From the IMG/VR virus record IMGVR_UViG_3300042560_001323, positions 62,001 through 126,000 of that record: DNA of 64,000 nt; one strand, 5' to 3'. Shown piece by piece: positions 18,561 through 28,281 of the stretch. The notes under the pieces are model-generated. The model did not search any database. It was not told the origin of the DNA and saw only the letters and a program-made list of their open reading frames with translations. Position 1 is the first letter of the stretch, and the number at the start of each line of letters is the position of its first letter. Both the position numbers and the translations under genes were made by a program.

Positions 18561-19571
18561 ATGTCTTTCTACTTCCGCTCAGTTCCAAACTTTGAATATG
18601 TTAATCCTTCAAGTGATGCATCTATTTCTGATTATGTTCAAATTAAGAACCTATTTAAAAAGAGTAAACTTCGTGAAGATATCTTTGGAAGCCTGGTATA
18701 CTTTACAAAGTATAATGTCGTCGGCAACGAAAGACCAGACCAGATCGCCGAGAAATTCTACGATGACCCAACTCTTGATTGGGTAATTCTTTTGGCAAAT
18801 AATATCCTAGACATAAGAAGCGAATGGCCATTGGATAATACCTCATTTGATAAGATGTTGTTTGATAAGTATGGCTCTTATGAAAACCTACACAGCGGCA
18901 TTCATCATTACGAAACAGTAGAAATCAAGAACTCCCAGGGTATTACCTTACTTCCAGCTGGTATCAGACTGAATAAACAGTGGAGAACCAATGGAAACTT
19001 TATTGAAGTCAATGCTCAAAAAATTAGTCAAATCTTCTGTGGTAATGGTGTCGTTCCTTCAACTACTGCAACGGCTACACTAGTAACAGGCGTTCAAGGC
19101 TTGAAAGTTGGAGATGAAGTAATCGTTGCCAATATCTCAGAAAACTTGTTTAATGGAACATTCAAAGTTACAAGTGTTACCATTCCATTTAACGATAACA
19201 TTACTCGTTCTTTCACTTACCAATTGACAACAACTCCAGGTGTTGCAATTCCAATAATGAGCACAAGTCAACAGGAAGAAATTTCTATTGTTGTTTATGA
19301 TGGTTCTATTAGTGGAAATACTTATTACTTTGAGTATTATGACCAAGGTTTATTAAATCGTCGGTCTTCTACTAGTGCTCTAACTGAAGTTACCAACTAT
19401 GATTATGAACTGAATCTCAATAACAAGAAGAGAGAGATTTATATTCTAAAACCAAACTATCTTGGAATCATTCTTAATGATGCTGAGGCTGCAAGTAGTT
19501 ATAAAACTGGCGGGGTTCAGTTTGTTAATGATACCTTAAAGCGAGGAGATAATATTCGGATTTATTCTTAA
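18561..19571 (+). CDS. Baseplate wedge subunit gp53
   Basis: YFR.VPNFEY, ERPDQIAEKFYDDPTLDWVILLANNI, HHYET. Confidence 0.92.
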   Translation: MSFYFRSVPNFEYVNPSSDASISDYVQIKNLFKKSKLREDIFGSLVYFTKYNVVGNERPDQIAEKFYDDPTLDWVILLANNILDIRSEWPLDNTSFDKMLFDKYGSYENLHSGIHHYETVEIKNSQGITLLPAGIRLNKQWRTNGNFIEVNAQKISQIFCGNGVVPSTTATATLVTGVQGLKVGDEVIVANISENLFNGTFKVTSVTIPFNDNITRSFTYQLTTTPGVAIPIMSTSQQEEISIVVYDGSISGNTYYFEYYDQGLLNRRSSTSALTEVTNYDYELNLNNKKREIYILKPNYLGIILNDAEAASSYKTGGVQFVNDTLKRGDNIRIYS

Positions 19572-19652
19572 AAGGTTGACCGGTAATAATTGTTCGTAAT
19601 GGGGCTATTGATATAGTGTTGAATCCAATCACTTGCTGAGAATCCATTAGGA

Positions 19653-20180
19653 TTAGGGGGTGCTAATAAATGTAATCTTTGGTCTTAGCGGTGGTTCTTC
19701 CTCAGTTTCTTCCTTAGTGAAGTCAAACAGAGGAACGAACAATAAAGTCTTACCATCGTCCAAAAGCGTGTGCATACTCATTAATTCCCAAGTGGCATCC
19801 CTGGCGGCATACCAGGCGGCATACCAGGCGGCATCCCTGGCGGAATACCCGGCGGCATCCCCAGCGGCATACCAGGCGGCAGACCCGGCGGCATCCCTGG
19901 CGGCAGACCTGGCGGCAGACCCGGCGGCATCCCTGGCGGCAGACCCGGCGGCATTCCTGGCGGCAGAGTCTAGGGCACGGTAGCGGCGGGCAACTTCATT
20001 CCATTGGTCGGCAGTAAGACCATCCATGAACCACCAGAAGTTAAGGACGGTTTCGTAGTTTGGTCCTAGAAAGTCTTGTGGACTTGTAAGAGCTTCAGGG
20101 TTTTGAAGTTCGTTGAAGAAGTTTTGATGGGCTTTTGAGTAATACATAAACTCCGTTGGATTTCTAAGAGAATAACCCAT
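19653..20180 (-). CDS. Ala-Ala-X-X repeat protein family, copy A
   Basis: [36 protein letters not shown]-domain, 14 tandem 12-bp units, ELMSMHTLL...LLFVPLF end. Confidence 0.8.
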   Translation of the reverse strand: MGYSLRNPTEFMYYSKAHQNFFNELQNPEALTSPQDFLGPNYETVLNFWWFMDGLTADQWNEVARRYRALDSAARNAAGSAARDAAGSAARSAARDAAGSAAWYAAGDAAGYSARDAAWYAAWYAARDATWELMSMHTLLDDGKTLLFVPLFDFTKEETEEEPPLRPKITFISTP

Positions 20181-20226
20181 CTGGAGACCAAATGGGTTAA
20201 AACGTGGACAGTCTAAAAACCGTCTA

Positions 20227-21174
20227 TCAGCCTTCTGCTAGGGCTATAAAGCGTTGTAGGTCTTCATCTTCTTCATCTTCGGCAATTGCTGCCTTTGATT
20301 TAGAATAAGAAGTCTCAAGTTCAGCAAGAATATCTTCTTTTGGATTGAGAAGTTCTTCAAGGTCTTTTTCCTGCTCTTCAACTGAAGGGGCAGACGTTGC
20401 TGGACGGGAGTTAGTCACAGCAGAAAGACGCTTTTCAAGTTCTTCGTAAGACTTGAACTTTTCGGGAGCAACGATTGCTTGTAGTGAGTGTAGTTGTTTA
20501 TACACAGTTTCAAGTTTATCATCATCACCACCCAAAAACTCCGTCTGAGATTCAAATTTGCTGTCATCGTAATTGGGCATACTGCGCTCTTTACCACCAA
20601 TAATAGTTTTGATGGTCTTTGTGATAAGACGGAAGTTTGCACCTTCCCAGAAATCAAATGGTTGAATAACTGGGTCGCCTTCAAATTCGGGCTTCATTGC
20701 AGCAACAATCTTGTCAAAGATTTTCTGTCCGAATCGGAAGATTTTGACAGTCCCTTCTACTGAAGGATCTGCAGGATTGCTCACCACATAAACATTGGCA
20801 TAATATGAAAGTTTACGTTTCCTGTCGCGGGCAACGTTCTTATCAGAGTCGTTTCCGCTATTCCAAAGTGCGCTGTTAGAGGTGCAAATCGAGCACTGTT
20901 CGCCTAAAGTAGTCGGGCAGTTTTCAATCAGCCACTTACCATTCACCTGGAAGCCGTGATTATAGAGCCTTACAAATGGGGCACCCTCACCAGCGGGAGC
21001 GGGCAGGAAGCGCAGAATTGCGCGACCGTTACCAGCCTTATCCGTTTCAAGTTTGAAAATGTTAAGGTCGTCGGAATATGAACCGCTATTCAGTTTTTCG
21101 GCTTCCTTCAGAAGTTTTTCTGTAAGAGCACCGATACCTGACTTGCTCTGCTTTTTAAGTTGTTTGAAATCCAT
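20227..21174 (-). CDS. Single-stranded DNA-binding protein gp32
   Basis: DKAGNGRAILRFLPAP, IENCPTT.G..C.IC, FDFWEGANF, acidic tail. Confidence 0.97.
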   Translation of the reverse strand: MDFKQLKKQSKSGIGALTEKLLKEAEKLNSGSYSDDLNIFKLETDKAGNGRAILRFLPAPAGEGAPFVRLYNHGFQVNGKWLIENCPTTLGEQCSICTSNSALWNSGNDSDKNVARDRKRKLSYYANVYVVSNPADPSVEGTVKIFRFGQKIFDKIVAAMKPEFEGDPVIQPFDFWEGANFRLITKTIKTIIGGKERSMPNYDDSKFESQTEFLGGDDDKLETVYKQLHSLQAIVAPEKFKSYEELEKRLSAVTNSRPATSAPSVEEQEKDLEELLNPKEDILAELETSYSKSKAAIAEDEEDEDLQRFIALAEG

Positions 21175-21253
21175 AGTACGTTAAATTGCGTTAGATGTTT
21201 GTGTTTGCGTTTTGGAAACTTTTTGAAACTCAACGGTTTGCCAACCTGTTTAT

Positions 21254-21994
21254 TTAGAAGAGTGTATCTAGGGCATTTGGAACGGGAGTTTTGTTTATTC
21301 TCTCAGAGCCAAGTTTAAAATACTCTTCATCTAATTCAATACCAATAAATCCCCTTCCATTCTTCTTTGCCGCAACACCAGTTGTGCCACTACCAAAGCA
21401 ATTATCTAAAACTACATCGTTTTCATTTGTGTAGGTCTTAATAAGATATTCCATTAAAGGAACTGGCTTTTGAGTTGGATGTAATCCTTTCTCTTGTTTG
21501 AACCGGAAAACAGTTTTTGGGTATCTAGTTCCTTCTGGGTTATCTCTATGTTTGGAATCTAGGTCACCATATACCTCACCCAACTTTTTCTGTTTTGATT
21601 TAAATCCTCCATAAGGAGTTGAAATCGTCATCTGGGGGTTATACTTCGGCCTCTTTCTATAAAAGACAACGATGTTTTCGTGAGCTTTTAATGGTTGTAT
21701 CTTGGCAACCATTGCATTTGTGCCCTGTGGCTTTTCCCATATCCATTCATATCTAAAGTTTTTTAGATTAGATGAAATAAGAGAAGTGGTAAATGGTTGA
21801 GATGCAGTGAATACCATTGCTGCATCTTCTTTTGCAATCCGGTTGTATTGCTCCCATAACGGCTCAAATGGAATAAGAATATCAAACTTTGCGGCAGTTA
21901 TTTCATAAGGAAGGTCAGCAAGAATCATATCAACTGAATCATCTGGAATAGTCTTCATTATTTCAAGACAGTCACCCTGATAAAGTTCAATCAA
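21254..21994 (-). CDS. DNA amino-methyltransferase (N6-A/N4-C, beta class)
   Basis: Motif IV ADLPY, HPTQKP, motif I VLDNCFGSGTTG. Confidence 0.93.
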   Translation of the reverse strand: MIELYQGDCLEIMKTIPDDSVDMILADLPYEITAAKFDILIPFEPLWEQYNRIAKEDAAMVFTASQPFTTSLISSNLKNFRYEWIWEKPQGTNAMVAKIQPLKAHENIVVFYRKRPKYNPQMTISTPYGGFKSKQKKLGEVYGDLDSKHRDNPEGTRYPKTVFRFKQEKGLHPTQKPVPLMEYLIKTYTNENDVVLDNCFGSGTTGVAAKKNGRGFIGIELDEEYFKLGSERINKTPVPNALDTLF

Positions 21995-22574
21995 TCGTAA
22001 TTACCTCCGGTTGAATATTTGACACTTCTAGATTTATTGTAGTCCAGAGTTGTCCACTTAAAGATTGTTGAATTACGGCTTGGTATCTATCAGTTTTACA
22101 GAACCAGCCACTTTGTTTTCCCATCTTTGAATATTTCGGTTGCCAGTCAGCCTCCGAATAGTTAAGAATGCGCGTATCAAAAGAGAATAGGTAGTATTCT
22201 TTTTTTTCTGTTTTTCTGCTATTAGTTGCAAGACAGACATATGCATCTTCTCGCTTATCGGAAAAAAACTTTAACTTCTGTTTAAGGGTCTTATATTCTC
22301 CACTTCTTGAACCACTGATTTGTAGTGTATTATTGGTTGGATTATACTTTCCACTCTTATTTGAAATCTTAATGGTTCTTCCTTCAATCGTGCAGATTTG
22401 ATCTTTTCCTACAGAATGAGAGCGGTCCGGCCTCCAATCTGAATATCCTTCAATGTCTTCAATGGACTTTGCAAATATCTCTTCCCAGTATTCGGCAATA
22501 ACTGGTAGTTCGTAAAGTTTGTGGTGTTCTTTTATTCTATATTCAATTCTGGTTTTTAAATCATTGTCTATCAA
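21987..22574 (-). CDS. Hypothetical protein, possible PD-(D/E)XK restriction-type endonuclease
   Basis: Overlaps the MTase start; EE...D...ISNKS spacing is suggestive only. Confidence 0.5.
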   Translation of the reverse strand: MIDNDLKTRIEYRIKEHHKLYELPVIAEYWEEIFAKSIEDIEGYSDWRPDRSHSVGKDQICTIEGRTIKISNKSGKYNPTNNTLQISGSRSGEYKTLKQKLKFFSDKREDAYVCLATNSRKTEKKEYYLFSFDTRILNYSEADWQPKYSKMGKQSGWFCKTDRYQAVIQQSLSGQLWTTINLEVSNIQPEVITID

Positions 22575-22884
22575 TTTCCTTTCTCATTTCATCAATTAAG
22601 TATTGGACGCTATTAAGAGCATCTTGAATTGTATCCGCACCAAATAATCCTGAACAATCTTGAATTCTTTGCTTCATTTCTTGGGCTTCTTTATCTTCCG
22701 ATAGACTCAATCTTGCATAAAATAGATTGATTTTATTCAACATATCCTGAAGTGTATCAACTCTTTCAGACTTCTCTCGTAGACTTAGAGTTGGGAAAAT
22801 TAAGATATTTTCAGATATAACTGAACCAAGTTTTGAAATATTTTCAATTTCTTCTTGAACAATAGGAGAATCAAAGAAACTCAT
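22561..22884 (-). CDS. Conserved cyanophage protein (DUF1825-like)
   Basis: MSFFDSPIVQEE...FYARLSLSED.EA. Confidence 0.8.
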   Translation of the reverse strand: MSFFDSPIVQEEIENISKLGSVISENILIFPTLSLREKSERVDTLQDMLNKINLFYARLSLSEDKEAQEMKQRIQDCSGLFGADTIQDALNSVQYLIDEMRKEIDRQ

Positions 22885-23471
22885 TGAATGTATTTGCGTA
22901 TTATGTTCTTGTATTTAGAGGAATCAAAATCAAGAAATGGTGCAAACTTTTCAATTTTATTGCTAACTAATGTCCATATTGGGTCTTGCAATGCCTCATC
23001 ATATTTTTCCTTCAAATTCAAAATCTCAACAAAGATAAAGAAGGTTTCAAATTTTATTGAGTTGTTAAGGTAACTTCTTAGAAGTTTTGGATGCTTTGAA
23101 CCATCTACCTTAACAACTTCAAATAAGTGTTGTGACTCCGTTAATTTTTTAAGGTCTTGCTCAAAGATATAAGACAGAGATTCTCTAATTCTTTTACTCT
23201 CTAGGTAAATTTTTTCTCCATTTTTTATGATATCTCCCACCCAAAGAGAGGATGGATTATCTGATGCAACAAAGTTAGAAACAAAGAAATCTACAATCTC
23301 CTGGGGCTTTTTCTTTCTACTCAGTCGTTCAAAAAACAACCGGTCTTTACTCTTTTTGTATGTTTCGGGAGAACATTTAATCTTTCCTTGATATTTAAAA
23401 AAATCGTATGAAGGTGTGGAAAAATGTCGCTTTAAGGCAAGAAAAGTGACGTAGACTTCATAAGGATTCAC
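22881..23471 (-). CDS. Helicase loader gp59
   Basis: YLALKRHF-like FLALKRHF...YDFFKYQGK...KDRLFFERLSRK. Confidence 0.9.
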   Translation of the reverse strand: MNPYEVYVTFLALKRHFSTPSYDFFKYQGKIKCSPETYKKSKDRLFFERLSRKKKPQEIVDFFVSNFVASDNPSSLWVGDIIKNGEKIYLESKRIRESLSYIFEQDLKKLTESQHLFEVVKVDGSKHPKLLRSYLNNSIKFETFFIFVEILNLKEKYDEALQDPIWTLVSNKIEKFAPFLDFDSSKYKNIIRKYIQ

Positions 23472-23671
23472 GGGTTTTTAATAATTTCAGGTACGATATG
23501 GGTTTGAAAATACTCTTCAAATTTTTTCTTCAATTCCCTGTCTTCAATTCTCCGGGAAAATCCTAAAACTTCTTTTGTTGCTAACCAATAGATTTTTCCA
23601 CTATTATCTTTAGTTCTCGTTAGACTAGAGTAACCTAGGCCAGTAAAATGATAAGAACTTCTAATTATCAT
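23468..23671 (-). CDS. Hypothetical protein
   Basis: 67 aa ORF with ATGA overlaps at both ends. Confidence 0.65.
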   Translation of the reverse strand: MIIRSSYHFTGLGYSSLTRTKDNSGKIYWLATKEVLGFSRRIEDRELKKKFEEYFQTHIVPEIIKNP

Positions 23672-23931
23672 AGAGGTAGCCGCGCTTTAGATGTTCGCTT
23701 CAAGAAGTTTAGTTTGATTGCATCGCCTTGAATTCTATCTTTGAGAGTCTTTGAAATTAGTTTTGTAATTGACTCAATATCAATGCTATTGACCTCACAA
23801 TATTCGGTGATTGCGGTAATATAATTCAAGTCATCCCTTTTAGAAACAAGAATCTCAATTTCTTTGGCGAATTTGTCTGGGCAGAGAAACTTTTTTTCTA
23901 TTTCTTTTTGTAGTTCTTCGGAAGCATTCAT
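23668..23931 (-). CDS. Late transcription coactivator gp33
   Basis: FAKEIE.LV...YI.AI..YCE.NSIDIE...LISKTLKDRI...A..LNFL. Confidence 0.9.
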   Translation of the reverse strand: MNASEELQKEIEKKFLCPDKFAKEIEILVSKRDDLNYITAITEYCEVNSIDIESITKLISKTLKDRIQGDAIKLNFLKRTSKARLPL

Positions 23932-24635
23932 TGATTATCGGTGATAAATTTGTTTATATATTTTCTAAGAAGTTTAACGTATTTTTGAAGGTCTTTCTCA
24001 ATGTAAACTTCAACTTCTCCGTTTTGACAAGACATAATAATCACAAGTTGTTTTGGCATTACACTAAATCGTTCAGCGTACATATAGGCATATGAAAAGC
24101 ATTGAACAAAATAACCTTCAATCCATTCTAGTTTTTTGGGCTCCACTGATGTTTTATGGTCAATAACGCTAAGAACTCCATCAAACTCTGCAATCATATC
24201 GGGTGTTCCCGCAAGTTCCCAATCAAACGAATAAAGGGGAACTTCAATTGTATGAATCTTTCCAATTCTATTGAATGTAGAAAGAGCATTGTTGAACAGA
24301 AACTTAGCAAGAGCAGATTTTTCTGGAATTTCTTCGTTTTTAAAGTATGACTCAGAAAGAGCGTGGTATTGAGTTCCCAGTGTTGTTGCAAACTTAATAA
24401 CTCGTTTTGCCTCATCTTCGCCAACCTTCTTTCTCCATTCAGCAATCTTCTCTTTGGAGTAATTAGAAGTAACTGATGTAACAGAAATGAAAGTTTTATA
24501 GTCTTCAAAATCTGGAACCTTATAATACCTATTGCCGTCCAGAGTTACCCTTTCTATTTTCGGTATATTTAAATCTAGATGTTCAAATAACGGACGCTTG
24601 ATTTTATTTATTTTTTGTTTTAGGGTGCTACCCAT
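23928..24635 (-). CDS. Exonuclease (PD-(D/E)XK, Cas4-like fold)
   Basis: SVTSV, GTQYH, AGTPDMIAEFDGVLSVIDHKTS. Confidence 0.88.
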   Translation of the reverse strand: MGSTLKQKINKIKRPLFEHLDLNIPKIERVTLDGNRYYKVPDFEDYKTFISVTSVTSNYSKEKIAEWRKKVGEDEAKRVIKFATTLGTQYHALSESYFKNEEIPEKSALAKFLFNNALSTFNRIGKIHTIEVPLYSFDWELAGTPDMIAEFDGVLSVIDHKTSVEPKKLEWIEGYFVQCFSYAYMYAERFSVMPKQLVIIMSCQNGEVEVYIEKDLQKYVKLLRKYINKFITDNQ

Positions 24636-24684
24636 TTTTCCTCGCTCTGGAGTGGTATCACCCTAGCACATCTTCTAGAATTTG

Positions 24685-25446
24685 TCAAGTGGTCGCGGTT
24701 TCCTGCTCGTATTCGTGTTCCGCAATTAGGAAACTGCGAACCAAACCTGAGCGGATCACATCTTCAATGCCAAACTGAACCAAATCAAAACACTCCATTC
24801 TCTTAAGAACCTCGGCAAAATCAAGAAAGCCTTTACGTTCGCTCATTTTTGTCAGGTCAGATTGCTTAGAGTCACCCGCAAAAAAGATTTTACTGTCTTG
24901 GCCAACACGGGTAATGACCGTTGATAGATGATGATAGTTAAGGTTCTGGCACTCATCTACAATAAGGATGCAGTTATCATAGGTTGTGCCCCTAAGGAAA
25001 GATACACACATAAAGTCTAGAACTTTTTCGGCCTTAAGTAGACCATAGAGCATTTCAAAATCTTCTTCTGTTGGCAAGTCAAACATAGACTTTACCATAT
25101 GCTTGTATGGAGACTCAAACGGTGCAATCTTTTCACCTACATTACCAGGAACAAATCCAATTTCAAGGGATTGAACAGTTGAACGCACAATGATAATTTT
25201 ATCATATGGTGTTCTTTCGTTTAGAACATCTTTAAGAGCATTATAAAGCAAAACGTGAGTTTTACCAGTTCCAGGCGAACCATAAGCCAGAATATTTTGT
25301 CCTCTTTCATATGAATCAAAAAGTTTAGCCTGGTTATCAGTTAGTGGATGCATTTTATGTAATACATCTAAACTGATTGTTCTTTTATTTCTCTTTGGTG
25401 CCCTATTGTAGCCTTGTGCGTCTGCGGTCCGTCTTTTACGAGTCAT
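24685..25446 (-). CDS. phoH: PhoH-like protein
   Basis: GSPGTGKT, FLRGTTYDNCILIVDECQN, TRVGQDSKI.F.GD..QSDL, RSGLV. Confidence 0.95.
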   Translation of the reverse strand: MTRKRRTADAQGYNRAPKRNKRTISLDVLHKMHPLTDNQAKLFDSYERGQNILAYGSPGTGKTHVLLYNALKDVLNERTPYDKIIIVRSTVQSLEIGFVPGNVGEKIAPFESPYKHMVKSMFDLPTEEDFEMLYGLLKAEKVLDFMCVSFLRGTTYDNCILIVDECQNLNYHHLSTVITRVGQDSKIFFAGDSKQSDLTKMSERKGFLDFAEVLKRMECFDLVQFGIEDVIRSGLVRSFLIAEHEYEQETATT

Positions 25447-25469
25447 TTAGGTTCGTTTAAGGAAATGGG

Positions 25470-25724
25470 TTAGATTTTGCTGATTTTATTTTGAGACCCG
25501 GCCGATTTACCAGCCTTTGCTAGAATTTCATTCCATCCTGGGTTCTTTTTAAGGAGTTTGTCTTTCCATTCTCCTGACTCATTGATGGGACTTGAGCATC
25601 CTTTAGACCAATCCCTCTTCCAGTCATCTTTATTTTCTTCACTCCATTTTACCCATTCTTCTATGGATATTTGTAATTCTTTTTCTTCTCCAGTTTTAAT
25701 ATTCACAATTGGATAGAAAGGCAT
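25470..25724 (-). CDS. Conserved cyanophage hypothetical protein
   Basis: MPFYP..N..TGE.KE...W..KL.KKNPGWNE.L; usual position upstream of phoH. Confidence 0.75.
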   Translation of the reverse strand: MPFYPIVNIKTGEEKELQISIEEWVKWSEENKDDWKRDWSKGCSSPINESGEWKDKLLKKNPGWNEILAKAGKSAGSQNKISKI

Positions 25725-25746
25725 AAATTATTCCCCCTTATTTTTA

Positions 25747-26511
25747 CTATTTAACAAGTTTCCAACCTCTATAAGTTTTTCTTTTTCCATTAATTAACCT
25801 ACTAATTCCACTTGGTAATAAATCATGTTCATTCGCAAATACTGATAATTCTCCAACAACCACATAATAGTATATACCATCAGGGGATTCCAAGCAATAT
25901 TTTTTACCAAATCCAGGTCTATTCCAATCCCTCGTAGGCTTTTTATTTTTAATTTTACAGGAATTAGTTAAAGTCCACCCTTTATGTGTATATTGTTTAT
26001 AGCAACGAAGTGATATTAGTGCATTTAAACTTAAATTATGTTCTCTGGCGAAATTAGTAATATTTGTGCCAGAATAAACAATTCCTTCGGGGGAAGTAAA
26101 TGAAAATTCTTTAGTCTGTAATGGAGGCTTTATTCCAAGTTCTTTTTGTTTTAAGCTAAATTTCAGTCTTTGCTCTTTAGTGTGAGGGGGTCTAGTAACT
26201 CTACCTTTAAGCGATTTACTGATTTTTCTCCTACTTTCTTCAGTATGTCCAGTAAAAACGGGAGGAGCATCTCCACCATTTGATTTATTACAGAGAAATC
26301 CAGTTCCTAAATCTTTTCTGCCAAATACATTAATCATATAAATTTCATGTTTATATGCCTCCTCTTCCGTGAGATTATTTTTAAGAATGAGTATTCTATC
26401 TTTTGGAGGAATTGTAAAATAATCATGTTTTTGGTATGCCCGTCTACCTTTCCCCTTACCGATATACCAAGGAGTTCCATCTTCTCGTAAATATGCGTAA
26501 GTATAATACAC
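25747..26511 (-). CDS. Free-standing GIY-YIG homing endonuclease
   Basis: YTYAYLREDGTPWYIGKG..RR, E..MI...GRKD...G.L.N; NUMOD-like DNA-binding repeats; own CTAAATA promoter at about 26537. Confidence 0.88.
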   Translation of the reverse strand: MYYTYAYLREDGTPWYIGKGKGRRAYQKHDYFTIPPKDRILILKNNLTEEEAYKHEIYMINVFGRKDLGTGFLCNKSNGGDAPPVFTGHTEESRRKISKSLKGRVTRPPHTKEQRLKFSLKQKELGIKPPLQTKEFSFTSPEGIVYSGTNITNFAREHNLSLNALISLRCYKQYTHKGWTLTNSCKIKNKKPTRDWNRPGFGKKYCLESPDGIYYYVVVGELSVFANEHDLLPSGISRLINGKRKTYRGWKLVK

Positions 26512-26544
26512 TTTATGTTTTAAAACAGCATATAACTATTTAGA

Positions 26545-28281
26545 TTAAGGGCTCAACCTTGCCTTACGGAATCTCTTCTCTTCATAATAAGCCCAAACAT
26601 TTGGAGCCCAGCGTTGTAGTTCTGGAACAATCGCATCACACAAAGCCTGAATCTCAAGTTGTGCATCAAGTTTGGCCCTTAAGTCTAGAAAATGTAGAAC
26701 CGAACGAAGATTAAATGAAACTACAAAATTTTGGCGAATAGCCTGAGCCAAAGAATCTCTAATATGTTCTTCAGACATTCCCCGTTCATACCTTGAGGCA
26801 TAACGCTTACACCCCTCAATGAAGTGCTCAAAATCTTCCTGGCGGTCTTCTTCTGTCCATTCGTACTTTTTACCTTTACGATTGGTATAGAAGCCAACAG
26901 GGCGAACGTAAAAAACATCTTCTACATCTAATTCACCGCTGGCAACTTTTAAAACCCGCTTCCCGGTGTAACGCTGCGACTGAACATCCCAAGTAGTTCC
27001 AATGCGATGGGTTCTACCCTGAACCATAACATTGTGGACGAATCCGGCACAAGAGAATGTAATCTGTGGATGCTCTAAACAGTTACCACATACTGCAACT
27101 TTATCATTACGACGAATAATAAGCGCACCAGTAGAAACCGTGGCACAATGAATTTCGCCTTCATAATCTACCCAGTTCTCGCTATAAGTTCTAGACCGGG
27201 TTGATTGTGAAATTTCAACTCTAGGATAGATTCTATCGGTGAGGCGTAAACAATAAAGGTCATTATGATTTTCGTTGTCTTTAATATCTTTACAGCAGGT
27301 AAACTTTAAATCGTTTATTGCGGCAATCGCTTGAAGTTGAGAGGCTAAACCATATGAGGTAGTTGAATATGCCCAAGTATTTCTACGATTCGTTCCATCC
27401 GAATTTCGCAAACCATCAAAAAGATTATAAACACAATCTTTTTCAAGTCGCAGATAACCATCGGGAAGTTTCTTAAAGTTTGAAGCGTAAAGGCAATTGG
27501 TTTTCATCCAATTTCCAATACCAGGATATGAAACAACATACCTATCATTTTTAGTTGAATAAAATTCTATCTCTAGTTCTTCACAGAGGGTTTGAAGATA
27601 TTCAATTTTCCTTTCTCGTTTTAAATGAAACCCTAGAGTGTTTGAACTAGTATGGGAATCCCCGTCTCCAACCCAAAATCCAATCAAGGCCCAAAAACTA
27701 GGATTATCAATTGGGGTATTTACAACGAGTCTTTCATTCTCCGAAAGATTTCCAGAAGTTGAATATCTAACGGGTTTATTATAAATTTCTTCCGCAGAAA
27801 TTGCATATCTTTCTGTCCAACTTCCATCTTTTTTTCTACTTTGAACAATCATTCTGTGGTCAGGACTAACTAAAAAGTCTAAAGCCTGACCCTCTAAATG
27901 ATACATTTTTCCTTTATAATCCCACCTTTGAACTGCGGTTGGCTTTTCAAAATTAACTAATCCAGTTTTTGTATCATAAGATGCTAATACTGTTTCTTTT
28001 GTTACGTCTGGCCAGAATATCCACCCATTTTCAGTTAAAACTTCCATATCAGATGAATAACAACCATAATGGCCACGGTCATTAGCAAGAAGTTGTTCAA
28101 CGATCCATTCACCACATTTCTGTGGAGTAGGAGTTTCAACTTGATGAATAGGAACTTCCGAGTAATCATTTTTACCCGCTTGCCATACAACCTGTTCTGG
28201 AATTGGATAGCATTGTAACATTACAACTTCTAATCTTGGATCTAGGAGTAGAAGGTCTTCCGCTTTAACTGGCCTGTTCAT
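26545..28281 (-). CDS. thyX: Flavin-dependent thymidylate synthase ThyX with an intein
   Basis: Exteins join as RGHYG-CLEH; Q.RTHR and NLRS.LHFLDLR...AQLEI ThyX motifs. Confidence 0.92.
   Translation of the reverse strand: MNRPVKAEDLLLLDPRLEVVMLQCYPIPEQVVWQAGKNDYSEVPIHQVETPTPQKCGEWIVEQLLANDRGHYGCYSSDMEVLTENGWIFWPDVTKETVLASYDTKTGLVNFEKPTAVQRWDYKGKMYHLEGQALDFLVSPDHRMIVQSRKKDGSWTERYAISAEEIYNKPVRYSTSGNLSENERLVVNTPIDNPSFWALIGFWVGDGDSHTSSNTLGFHLKRERKIEYLQTLCEELEIEFYSTKNDRYVVSYPGIGNWMKTNCLYASNFKKLPDGYLRLEKDCVYNLFDGLRNSDGTNRRNTWAYSTTSYGLASQLQAIAAINDLKFTCCKDIKDNENHNDLYCLRLTDRIYPRVEISQSTRSRTYSENWVDYEGEIHCATVSTGALIIRRNDKVAVCGNCLEHPQITFSCAGFVHNVMVQGRTHRIGTTWDVQSQRYTGKRVLKVASGELDVEDVFYVRPVGFYTNRKGKKYEWTEEDRQEDFEHFIEGCKRYASRYERGMSEEHIRDSLAQAIRQNFVVSFNLRSVLHFLDLRAKLDAQLEIQALCDAIVPELQRWAPNVWAYYEEKRFRKARLSP
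27082..28062 (-). mobile_element. Intein (327 aa) with LAGLIDADG homing endonuclease domain in ThyX
   Basis: Starts CYSSDMEVLTENGW, block B DHR, ends VAVCGN followed by Cys+1; ALIGFWVGDG and LFDGLRNSDG motifs. Confidence 0.92.

Noticed and set aside
19653-20180. Annotating a complete DGR
   Set aside because: No reverse transcriptase, Avd, IMH or separate template repeat is visible in the window; kept only as a hypothesis
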